From Tubulanus polymorphus (taxonomy: Eukaryota; Animalia; Nemertea), in NCBI RefSeq assembly GCF_964204645.1, contig NC_134026.1, positions 22,788,150 to 22,852,149 on the forward strand: a stretch of 64,000 nt of DNA, written 5' to 3'. The position numbers were made by a program, and so were the translations under genes. This document shows, piece by piece, positions 53,347 to 64,000 of this stretch. The notes under the pieces were generated by a model, which searched no databases, had not been told where the DNA came from, and worked only from the letters and a program-made list of their open reading frames with translations. The first letter of the stretch is position 1, and the number at the start of each line of letters is the position of its first letter.

Positions 53347-54479
53347 TACAACAATAAAACCGGTTTTTTGTGGGCCCAAGCAATTTATTATTTTTTCAAT
53401 TTATCATTACAATGTTGACTACGGGTGTAACTAAAATGAAGTGACACATGTCAAGTGGTTGAGTTCGAATCCCATTAATAATCAAAAGTCCTTGTTATGT
53501 AGATTGGATATATGCCCGTCTTTGGAAGATAATATTTAAAAATATTTGTTAAATCATTAAATGCTGATTTAGAATTTTGTTAACTGTTCAGTGCGGTGCA
53601 CAGCTCCCCGCGCAGGTATTTCATCATCAATTTGGTTGATGTCGGTTGCGCTGGTAACTTATCGAGTGTTACAATATTTAACCGTCATTTTTATGATTTT
53701 CGAGCTCATAATAGTTTTAACAAATCTTTAAACATCCACTGGAAACGATTAAAAATGAAATATATACATCAATCTATATCTAATGAGCAATAAATGTATA
53801 TCTGAATAGTGACTCGAACCCAGGTGACGTTTGTTTTCGTCGACATTGACCAGAATTGTACTTGAAATATTCAATTCAAATCAATTTAGGCCAGACCGAC
53901 GCCAACAGCGTGCGCGTGTGTATGACCGACGTGTAACACATGTGAAAAAGGTAAGATGGTAAATTTATCACTTTTTCGACTCTTTAACTCCCGTATAATT
54001 TATGTTAGTTGGCACTGTTTATACTACAGCACTGACTGTATCCGGTAAACCGGCCTAAGACTACAAAAAGTCAAAAAATTCCCCTTTCTCTCAAACCAGA
54101 CAGACTAAGCTAAAAACCTGTCTTAAAATAAAAAGACTATAAAAGTCCAAAAAGTCCTGCTCTTTCAAATCCAACCCAACCACTGGACTGGACCCTCTGC
54201 TGCTGGCTCTAGTTTGTCTGGGAATGTGGGATAGAGCTTTTGGGATATTTCACGTAATCTTTTGAACACAATTTATTAATAGGCCTATGCCTTTGAAAAC
54301 TACCGGTATTACTCTTTTCAAGCCTTTAGGGTCTAATAGCCTAATGTTATAATTCTAATGGTCAAATAAATGTGTATTAGGCTTACGCGGTCTTACTCAT
54401 CGCTTTCATATACTTCCTTTATTTAGGTAGAAACGTATTAGGCCTACAGTCTTTAATTGAGAGGAAGATTTAAAAGATC

Positions 54480-57400
54480 ATGCCAAAAAAGGGGAAATAT
54501 GCCTTAGCTGATGGCAGCAGTGGCGGTGGTGACAAGAAAACATCTGATGATTTATCTCCTGAGAGCAGCTCGAGCACATTAGAAGAAATTACGATGGGTA
54601 AACAGATTGATCCGAAAGATGGTGAGTTATCTCTAAAAGTGTTAGAATTGAAACATTTCAGGTGGTTCCTCTACCACCCATCCTCAGTCTAAAATGATAT
54701 GTCAAATAAATACACAAGACACAAATTACTGCATAGTCATAGCCGTAGCAGCCACTGCGGCGACCAAATGTACCACACCCAGCGGCAGCGCAGTGCTCCC
54801 TCCATCTGCAACGTTTGTACTCGCTCTGACCATTCTGTCACCCTCAACAAAGGTTTCAGTCCTCATGATAAACTTATCAAACAAATCAAAGCGAACTCAA
54901 TGTCTTTTTGAGAGAGTTGAAAAATGATTTTAGCACCAGGGATATGAAAAGTTCAATTTCCAAAGAACATTCATCAAGATCAAAATCAAGAACTTTATTC
55001 TGTAGTTTGGGCATTTAACGTTTTCAAGTTAGTCTAGCGCCTAGCCTTTTCCCATCTTGTCAGATCATCTGGAATACAGTGTGATAAGTTCGTCATTTTA
55101 TGCTACTGATGAGCATTTTTGTTTTAATCAGTCTTTGAATAGGCATTTACACTTATGATTTATTTATTTATCCTTTTCACTGTTACTTGAACTTTGTCTA
55201 TGGCACTTCTGATTGTTGAAGTGCTACTTTACTACTGAGAACTATCACTTGTACCTCTTGTTTGTAGGACTGAAGTGCTATTTTGGATGCAAGTTCATTG
55301 CCAGGCCCTTCAATTACACACTTATTTACTGAGTAAAAATTTTGATTCATGAAAATTTAATCAATGATTACCTTGCTGTGTACCTTCCTTAGTACAAGAG
55401 TATATCTCACAGGCTTTTTACCATTACTATCACTTTTATGTCCAATTGAAATGATAAGGCCAATTTTGTATGGTTTAGCGAGCCGAAGAACACAAATTGA
55501 ACATTCTATTGCATAAAAAACCAATAGGTCTTGGTTTTTAGCCCACTTGGCCACAATAAACAACTACCCTTGTGAAGTCCAGGCTACGGACCTGTGTATT
55601 TATGTGGTTGAATGATAAACCAAGATATTTTACAGTGCTGATCCCTGTATACCTATAGAACTGATAGACATTTTCCAACCTGTTCAGTTGTTTTGCTATA
55701 AGATATTTCACCATTTACAATTAATTATTGTGCAGTGAAAATTCATATTAAGTTTAGTTACATTTATATTTTGCTGAATAAGAAACTTTCTCAAAATCTA
55801 GGTAAATTGTGTTAGGTTTCTGAGAATTCATTTTCTATTCGCTTTTAAAATTAGATCTTACAAATGAATTATAGCCGTAATAAAGACTTGATATGATATC
55901 TTTATATTAAGGCTAAGTTAATTTTCCAATAAGCGAGAAGATACTGTCAGTTTCAGTACATTCTCAGTCAGCACATTCTCAGACAGTCAGTTCACTCCAG
56001 ACAGTCAGTACATTCTCATTTGATCTGGAGGAATCATGAATTCTACTCAGATGCGAATTGGTCGGTCTTACATCAGTTACGTCGTTCTCATGTCTTTGGT
56101 GAACAGGTCCGGAACCTACTGTACCGTGTCATTCTGCCCATCTTGTATCTGTTCGGAGCGTTTGGAAATTCAGCCACTTTCCTAATAATGATAAGTCGCA
56201 GATTCCGCAGTATATCTTACGCTAACTATCTGATCGTTTTGTCTCTCAACGATTTCACGTACTGTATAGATTTTACGCTGATGCCTGTTTTACAAGTCGT
56301 TCTCTTGCATCTAAACACCGGTGCTATATTCATGATGAATTCAAAGATCAGTTGTCAAATCTATGAATTTGTTATGATACTCGCAGCCTTCAATAGTGCG
56401 TGGTTAATAGTGGCAATATCTCTAGAACGTGCGGCAGTTGTGCTCTTCCCGTTCACATCTCGTTTGATATGTACACCAAGATTTGCTAGATTCGCTATAT
56501 TGATAATTACCGCAGTAAATGCACTAGTTCTATATCTTCTTCCTACTTTGTCGATACGACCAAATCATATTTTATACCACATGTGGCATCCATGTTTTCA
56601 TACTGCCTTTAGCTTTAATTATAACATCAAATTCTGTTATAATAGTTCAGTTATTCAGAGGGTCAAAAATGGTTTCGTCTGATCAGAAAACTGCAAAATC
56701 GAAATGTAAAACAATAATGCTTGTAACTGTCTCACTCGCATTTGCAATATTTACGCTTCCAACTGCGATTACTACATTTTTACCAATCTCACCGGAACAG
56801 AGAGATTTTCTATATGATATTTTTGTTCAGTTTCAAATGTTTAACTATGTAGTAAATTTCTACATGTATCTTTTACTTGGACAAGAAATTCGTGAATATT
56901 TCTGTATGAAAATGCGCTGTAGAAATTCATACAAATAAGCTTTGATTTCATGTGTTCCTGTCATAAACTCAAGAAAATGCCAAAGTGATTTACAATTAAT
57001 GAATCTACTTACATAAATCATACAAAATTATGTCAAATCATCAATGATTTGTCAGACGTTATTTTGAATGAAATACCTGGGGAGCTAATCAAGCTTAGAT
57101 TTAGATAGGCTTAGGAGATGAGCTGTCACTGTCCGTCCGTTGTCCATCCGTATATGAAATCCAGTGTTGAAGATATTTGGTTTATAGGTGTATCTACCCT
57201 TGACACATCTTCAGCCACAAAACTGGCCCAATCAGAATCAAGATGGCCGACTGGTGGCCATTGTTATTGGCAAAAATAAACACCGAAGTTTTCAAAGGAA
57301 AGTGATCTTTCATATTTGTATCACCCTTGAGACCATCAACGTGTAAGAACAATTGGATCAATCGGACTCAAGGTGGCCATCTGATGACCGTTTTGTGCCC

Positions 57401-60400
57401 AAATAGTTGGTCATGGTGTCCCTTGACCCCTAGTTGATCTTGGTTCACCGACACCTGTCATTAATAGTTATTGCACATTTTGTTCTAAAGTTATTGTATG
57501 TTGTTTAAAGGGATGACATTCCCTTGAACTAAAGCATATATAAAGATAAACATAAGAATTGATTAGATTATATGATTGAGTCGCAGTATGGGGTAGCGTT
57601 AGCGTGGTACACATCTGTTACTTCCTTCATCACAAAATGTCTGACGACTCCAGAGAAAAATATGGTCTAGACATTGATCATCGAAAAGGTTTGTGAAAAT
57701 GAAGTAGGCTTTTTTGAAGTAGGCTCCATGACGTATATATATAGTCATGGACTTCTAGTTGGTTAGACTAAGTTTGTTGTAGGACATATTCTTTTATTTG
57801 ATGATAGACTATACCAGATGCGTGATTTTATCTTTCAGTGCCATTCTGGTGTTCCAGCCGTTTCGCGTTGGCTGTCATTGGATTTTTTGGTACGATTAAT
57901 CTCTATGCCTTGAGGATCAATCTCAGCGTAGCTATGGTATGCATGGTAAACCAGACGGCATTGCTCGAATCAAATCCAATGGACGTAGCATTCGCAAACT
58001 ACACCAACGCGACGCATAGTTTCAATTTGACCGTGAAAGAATCGCCGGCCGTTGATAAATGTCCACGCCAAGCTTCTTCAAATTCTAATGATACGAATCA
58101 AGTGAGTTTGAATTTACTCGAATGTAATGAAAATCCCCTTATTCATGAATAATGCTCTGTATAATTATTATTGCTCAATGATCATTTTAGATGGAAGGCG
58201 ATTTTCTCTGGGATAAAGAAAAGCAAGGGATTATCCTCGGCTCATTTTTCTGGGGTTACCTCATTACGCAATTACCGGGTGGAATTTTGGCGTCGCGATT
58301 CGGAGCAAAGCGTGTTATCGGATTCTTCATGATCGCGACATCCATCGCCACGCTGCTCGTGCCGGTCGGTGCTCGGACTAACTATATATTTTTGATTGTG
58401 TTGAGAATCATTTGTGGAATGGGTTCGGTAAGTGCAGAGCAATCGTATGCTTGAAACCTTTTATTGTTATTTGTTGTAATTGTGGGCAATGAAAAGATAC
58501 TTGATTTAATTAAAATGCCATAATGATGTTGCTATAGTGATGGTCTGATTATTAACCTATTAATTATGTTCTTGATCAATGAATCAAATCACTACTTAGG
58601 ATAGCAAGGGTGATTCATGTACCCGACTATCTTTTCTGCAAACTAATTTGAGATGATCTCGAGCGTGTTTAACTGAAAATTCAAGCTTCAGAAGGATTTC
58701 TATAAAAAAAACCTAAGATGTTACAAGGAAATAAGTATAGAAATAACTGGCTATAATTACAAGAAACCATGGTGAAGCTGCGTCATTACAAGTATTCTAC
58801 CTTTTACCTGGCAGCTTGCCTACCTTCAAGTATCTCATGTCTTGTTTGTTTGTCGACTGTCGGTGTTATTACAGAGAATAATTATTGATAAAAGATAATA
58901 TTGACATACAGAGAATAGATAGAATAGATTAGATATGATCTATTGGACAGGGATTGATTAGGCAATCCAAATCTCCTAAGAATAATATGAAATGAAAAAA
59001 TCAACTGAAATGATGCAAAATAAAAACATTCAGTACCCACTATATATAGCATGTTTCTTGTATCATTTTATCGATGTATGAAATGATGGTTACGTAGCAG
59101 TTCGGATTTTTCAGGGAATTTGGTTTCCATGTTTTCATATAATGTGGGCTAACTGGGCACCACCATTGGAAAGATCCAAGTTAATGAGTTTCACATATTC
59201 TGGTAAGAAAATTTGGATGATTGTCGTCTTTATTCTGCCTTGATTATGAGGATACATGTATATGTTTTTAATGCATTTAGGAGCACAACTGGGTAATGTT
59301 CTAACACTGCCTTTGGCTGGTCTGCTTTGTAAATATGGTTTTGACGGAGGTTGGCCATCTATATTCTATATCTTAGGTAGGTCTTGTGGTCATCCCTTTC
59401 TACTACCTCATATAGGATGCAGATTTTCTTCATCACAACTTCTCCATTTCCTACAGGCGCTTTAAGTTTGATATGGTGTATTCTTTGGTTGGCTCTTGTC
59501 AGCGACTGTCCGACCGCTCATCGCAGAATAAGCAAAATTGAAAAGGCCTACATAGTACAAAGTTTGAGAGGTGAAATGAAAAGCCATCACTCCAAGGTGC
59601 GGTACCCTGTATATCTGTCTTGCGGTCAAATGTTTATATTGGATTGATTTGTATCTTATCTAAACGTGTCGTGTCATTTTTTAGAAACTGGATATACCTT
59701 TTAAATCATTGTTTCTGTCAATGCCTGTGTGGGCAATAATCGTTGCCAATATCACGTCCGATTGGGGAGTTTACACGTTCTTGACAAATATACCTTCATA
59801 TATGAATGAAGTGCTGAAATTCGAAATTACTGCTGTAAGTGCCGGTGATTCTCGTATTTAAATCAGAACATATTACTCTGTTTCTTCGACGTGAAATATT
59901 CAAGCGATTTTATTTTCTTATCTCAGAACGGCTTTCTCTCGTCGATTCCCTACTTGCTGTTTTGGTTCATTGCCACGATGAGCGGAGTAGTCGCTGATTC
60001 TTTGAGAAGTAAGAAGCTTTTGAATACGACGCAGACCCGGAAGCTATTCAACAGTTTAGGTAAGGGTAGTTTGTCAAGATATGAATAAAGATACTCTCCT
60101 TGAAAGTTCTATAATAATGTGAATATCATTTCAGGTTTGCTTCTCCCGGCTGTTATGGTTCTCGTTCTTGGTTTCCTCGACTGTACCCAAGCCTACCTCG
60201 CCGTGGCTTTGCTCGCTATCGGTGTCTCGATGAATGGTTTCGCATTCAGCGGATTCGTCGTCAATCCCGTCGACATATCGCCCAAGCATTCGGGAATCAT
60301 TTTCGGTATATCGAATTCGCTGGCAGCTGTTACGGGTTTTCTTGCCCCATATATAGTTGGCGTTATTACATCAGACGTAAGTATTTTTACTTGATATCAT

Positions 60401-60969
60401 ATATTTAAAGCGATCAGGTGTTGATTGTTTATGAAATGCTAGGGCTTTGATGCATTATGATCAGCTTATATCTGATGGCTGAATTCATATAGAGAGTACA
60501 ATAGTTTAGTATGTGTGCGCATCAAGTGAAGTGTAACAACCAAGCAACAGCTGTTGTTTCCATTATTGCCGGACGTTGAATTAATGGTTTTATTCTAGCA
60601 GTTAGAATCCCATTCACATTGCAGAATTCATTTCGAATAGTTGTATTTAATAGACATTTTGATAAACATGGATTAAGTAGATATATATATATACAGATTT
60701 TCTCTTGTGAACCATAACAGTTTTTAATTGTTATTTTGCAGCAAACACGTCAACAGTGGCAAGTTGTATTCTACATTTGTGCCGCAGTCAACACTTTTGG
60801 AGCTTTGTTTTTTATATTCGGAAGTTCAGGTAATATCCAACCGTGGGCACGGGAGACCGAACCGGACGAAAGGTCAGTCGAATTACAAGATCTCACCATC
60901 GATAAAAACTCTGCTCCGGTAAATGGCGAAAGTGTGAATCATGATGATCGCAAGCAGCCAATGATATGA
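54480..60969 (+). CDS. SLC17-family anion transporter (sialin-like) with two candidate first coding exons (54480-54621 and 57637-57688)
   Basis: YALRINLSVAMVCMVN, WDKEKQGIILGSFFWGYLITQLPGG, WANWAPPLERSKL, GFDGGWPSIFY, NGFLSSIPY, DISPKHSGIIFGISNS, QWQVVFY, GNIQPWA. Confidence 0.93.
55945..56018. repeat. Short imperfect tandem repeat
   Basis: cagtacattctcag / tcagcacattctcag / acagtcag units immediately upstream of the GPCR. Confidence 0.65.
56036..56938 (+). pseudogene. Intronless class A GPCR (FMRFamide-receptor-like invertebrate family), frameshifted
   Basis: TM1 GAFGN, TM2 LSLND, ISLERA (DRY equivalent), TM5 FILPLALIITSNSVII, TM6 FAIFTLP, TM7 NYVVNFYMY. The ATG giving MNST is out of frame with TM1, and TM5-7 are in a different frame from TM1-4 with ECL2 almost absent. 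Confidence 0.8.
57105..57470 (+). mobile_element. Interspersed repeat, Helentron/HINE(DINE-1)-like
   Basis: gtccgtccgt microsatellite near the 5' end, duplicated caa(g)atggcc..ggccat units, and a partial second copy at about 1660-1815. Family assignment is inference. Confidence 0.45.
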
Positions 60970-63769
60970 GGCTGAAATCTATCTAAAATGGATTTATCAT
61001 ATTTTACGATTATTGGCTTCAGCAATTACATAGATCTACAGACAGCTTAACATTGCATTATTTTGTCATGTTGTCATATGGTATGTATTTTGAACTAGTC
61101 TCATACCTTTTATTGTATTTTACATACTAAGTACATTAAGTTTTTTCCCTTCAACGAGAGCTGTTGAATTAAGTAATTAGTTGTTTGTTGTATATCTACG
61201 GAATTGATAGATCAGATGCCAGTCGCTCTTTTGGGCTTTTGCATCTCTTGGGTATCTTAAACTGCCGAATGTAATTTATTAAGTCAAAGATTCATAGAGG
61301 CTATGAATTTCTGATTAAATCCATAAACATTGTCACAGATGCAGATGATATTATGTGTCTTTTTAGATTTTTTAAGTTAAGTGTGTATGTGATGTCAGTT
61401 GAATTTCGTGAAAACAAGTATTTGTTTTATGTTCCTTATATGGAACGATAAAATCGTAGTATTTTGCTCTTTGTGTGATAACACTTTTCTCTATTTTGAA
61501 GTGAGTTGCTTGTTGAGAAACAGTTTTTTGTGTTGGTTTTTTGTCTTCTTGCGTCTAACGAAGAATATCAAAAAATCTATTTTTGATACTAGATCATTTA
61601 AGGAGTGTTATTTGTCTTGTGAAAATATTGAATTAGTTCTTATCTAATTTCATTTCAATATTTACCCTACCAGTTTGAATGAAATCTCAGTTATAGTTAT
61701 TTTACTTTTAAGAATGTGCGTATATATGCGTAGTCCTTATAAATCAATGAATTTTAGATTCTTTGCTATAGAAAAATAATGTACAACCAGTACTTGTAGT
61801 ATGTGTGTGCGTGTTTGAACAAATAGGATTATGAAACGAAGTTGTTGGAAAAATTTTAATTCAAAACAATGCAATTTATTATCATATGCTGATATATTAT
61901 ATAACCGGTATACTATACGAGTTTGAAATATTTGATATAATCTACCAGATGCCTCTTTTTGGAAGTTTCTATATCATTTGGAGAGGCGCCATGGTAAGAT
62001 CATTGTATTCGTTTTTTTAGGGAATGCATATAAAATGAAGTATCCAGTATTTTCTGTGTAGAGTATCCAGTTTGAGTTACTTTAAGGGGGACAACTAGAG
62101 CATTACTAGCCATAGCACTGACCAAATAAAATGTCTTAAAACGGAGTACATTTGACATATGTACATATGTGAAATGTATATATTGAAGATATATTGAAAA
62201 TATATTATCGAAGACATCGGCCTGTGTATTGTGATAAAAGCGTATATCATCAATAAAGCTGCCACTTAAGAATAAATCTGTACCTTTAAATACTGATTTA
62301 TGATAAGTAATGATTGGTATTATTGAAATATATTATAAACCCATAACAATAACTATAAAATTTTTTTGTTTGTATGTATTATATACATATGTTAAGTGTC
62401 TTTTACTTGGCTTATTCATGATTATCTGTTTTTGATATATGCACCTCTAATATTGCTTTTAAAAAAATACCACAAATAGAAAGGTACTGGAATGACAGCT
62501 CTAGCATTTGCATTTCTGTATAAAATGTATCAAAAGGGAGGGTATTTCTATTATTTGCGTGTTTAAAAGGATACATGTATTTGAATTTCTGTGAACTATG
62601 AATATGTTACAATAGATAGATCAATAAAAAAATCTTAGGGTTTGGAAGGACAATGTCTTTCAGTTTATTATTTTTGATGTATGGTCATGCACTGTTCTCA
62701 TCTCTTCAGACATAAAAGCTGGTAACTGAATGCTGGGAGGTCTGTGCCTGGACTGATTTTATGGGCGCTTTGATTTTCCTTGACCCTTTCATGGATCCTT
62801 TTAAAACTGGCGCTCAAAGGTTAAAACTTTGCATTGTGATGACAAATAAGCTCACAATTCAAGGCATCCTATGGAGTTCAATGCCAGTCCTAAATGCCTG
62901 TCGACCCATCTGACCTTTTTTGGATTTTGGCCGGTTCGGATTTTGGCCTGTTCATCGTAACCCCCTTAGGGATGCCTCGTGACATAATATGACAAGGATG
63001 GTATGTACAGGGCATGTATAAAATGGTTCAAATCAACAAATTATCCTATGGAACACATTTCGATTTGACGTGTCTAAACCGCTCCTTGGATCAGCCACTG
63101 AATTCAAAGACAAATTTGGGTATATCAGTTTATTTTGTATATGAAGTAAAGTATACATTTTGAAATGCATGGTAATATTGGCCACTAAGCAATACAAGTA
63201 CATAAGCCTTGAAGGGAATATATTATTTTGGGCACATATCTTTAAATGTACAATAATGCTTAAATATTACAGGTAACAAAAACTATTAGCACCTGAAGAA
63301 TTCGAACGATTCACAGAAGAGTTCAACTCAAGAAAATGTTGAAATTACATTACCGGTAAATAAAAGATAATTCTCAATTAACTGGCAACATACATGACTG
63401 GCCATTGCATACTTTTAGAAAAATATACCCTACATCTACAACAGGTAGGTTACCTTTGAGCAATTATTTTGAACAAAAATACGTTCTTGCGTACTGCAAG
63501 AGACTGACTCAAGTGGAACAGTGAAAAGTTGACTTCCATCGCAAATGACTCTAGATATGTACCGGTATGTAATCGATTCGTGAACATCATATAACATAGC
63601 AAATATAAGTTTTTTTATAACACCAGCTTCCACTGAAGGTATTGTTAATTATAATTAATATCTACGTGTTCAGGAACTCATTCAGTATAACCAAAACCAA
63701 TATTTCTAATATTCTCCTGCCTGAATGGAATGTCATCGCGTCCAACCTATAATTCTTTATCTAAAAGTC

Positions 63770-63903
63770 TTATTGAGGTAGACTGGGTCGTTCTCCTACA
63801 CCTCCAGCAAGGTCGTATATGCTTCCTGCGACTTCATAGGCTAGTTTGTCTGCATTTGCTTGAGTATCCGCCTCTGCATAAACCCGTACAACATTTTCTG
63901 TTC
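63770..63903 (-). CDS. PGM3: Phosphoacetylglucosamine mutase, last exon (gene continues beyond the window)
   Basis: After the ttcag acceptor: (G)[43 protein letters not shown], the PGM3/AGM1 C-terminal signature. Missed by the ORF track. Confidence 0.9.
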
Positions 63904-64000
63904 CTGAAGGTCTAAGAGTTGAAGAAAACAAATACTTATAATTTTACCACTTCATTCGGGTATTTGTGAATTCATCCAGGAAAAAAGTGGATATGAATGA

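Noticed and set aside
53450-53830. B-box-like gttcgaatccc (53463) and gttcgagtc (- strand, 53811)
   Set aside because: No cloverleaf or acceptor stem; insufficient for a tRNA or SINE call.
54662-54927. ORFs downstream of SLC17 exon 1a as an extra exon
   Set aside because: Would need a 40 nt intron, shorter than others here, and the peptides have no recognisable features.
1-64000. CRISPR arrays, prokaryotic operons, rRNA/tRNA, U12-type introns, selenocysteine codons
   Set aside because: Spliceosomal gene structure throughout; no repeat-spacer arrays, no RTATCCT donors at the exon ends checked, and no in-frame TGA in the reconstructed CDS segments.

Overview
Eukaryotic, AT-rich, gene-dense animal DNA with mostly short (about 60-400 bp) GT-AG introns, most consistent with a marine invertebrate (lophotrochozoan-like; species not determinable from sequence). 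Splicing exons by hand gives 14 protein-coding loci plus one pseudogene: CACHD1 (3' part, +), GLIS3-like (-), DPH2 (+), an Aa_trans-family amino acid transporter (+), RIMOC1/C5orf51 (-), a MAM-LDLa-TM-PPxY receptor (+), an unrecognised single-pass membrane protein with a C-terminal C2H2-type zinc finger (-), TRMT13 (+), a Tctex1-domain dynein light chain (-), COA7 (-), a WD40 protein (+), COG8 (-), an SLC17/sialin-like transporter with two candidate first coding exons (+) flanking a frameshifted class A GPCR, and the last exon of PGM3 (-). Non-coding DNA holds several non-autonomous elements: Tc1/mariner-type and piggyBac-type MITEs, a 1.48 kb TIR element with a 5(-6) bp TSD, foldbacks, and a Helentron/HINE-like repeat. 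The most unusual signals are (i) a foldback in a DPH2 intron whose two arms each carry a degenerate minimal hammerhead-ribozyme core, (ii) the membrane-anchored zinc-finger gene, and (iii) three overlapping splice donors in the MAM-LDLa gene that would switch between a PPxY receptor and a MAM-only product with a hydrophobic tail. No CRISPR, rRNA or tRNA genes were seen. No database searches were run; gene names come from recalled motifs and exon coordinates are hand-derived.
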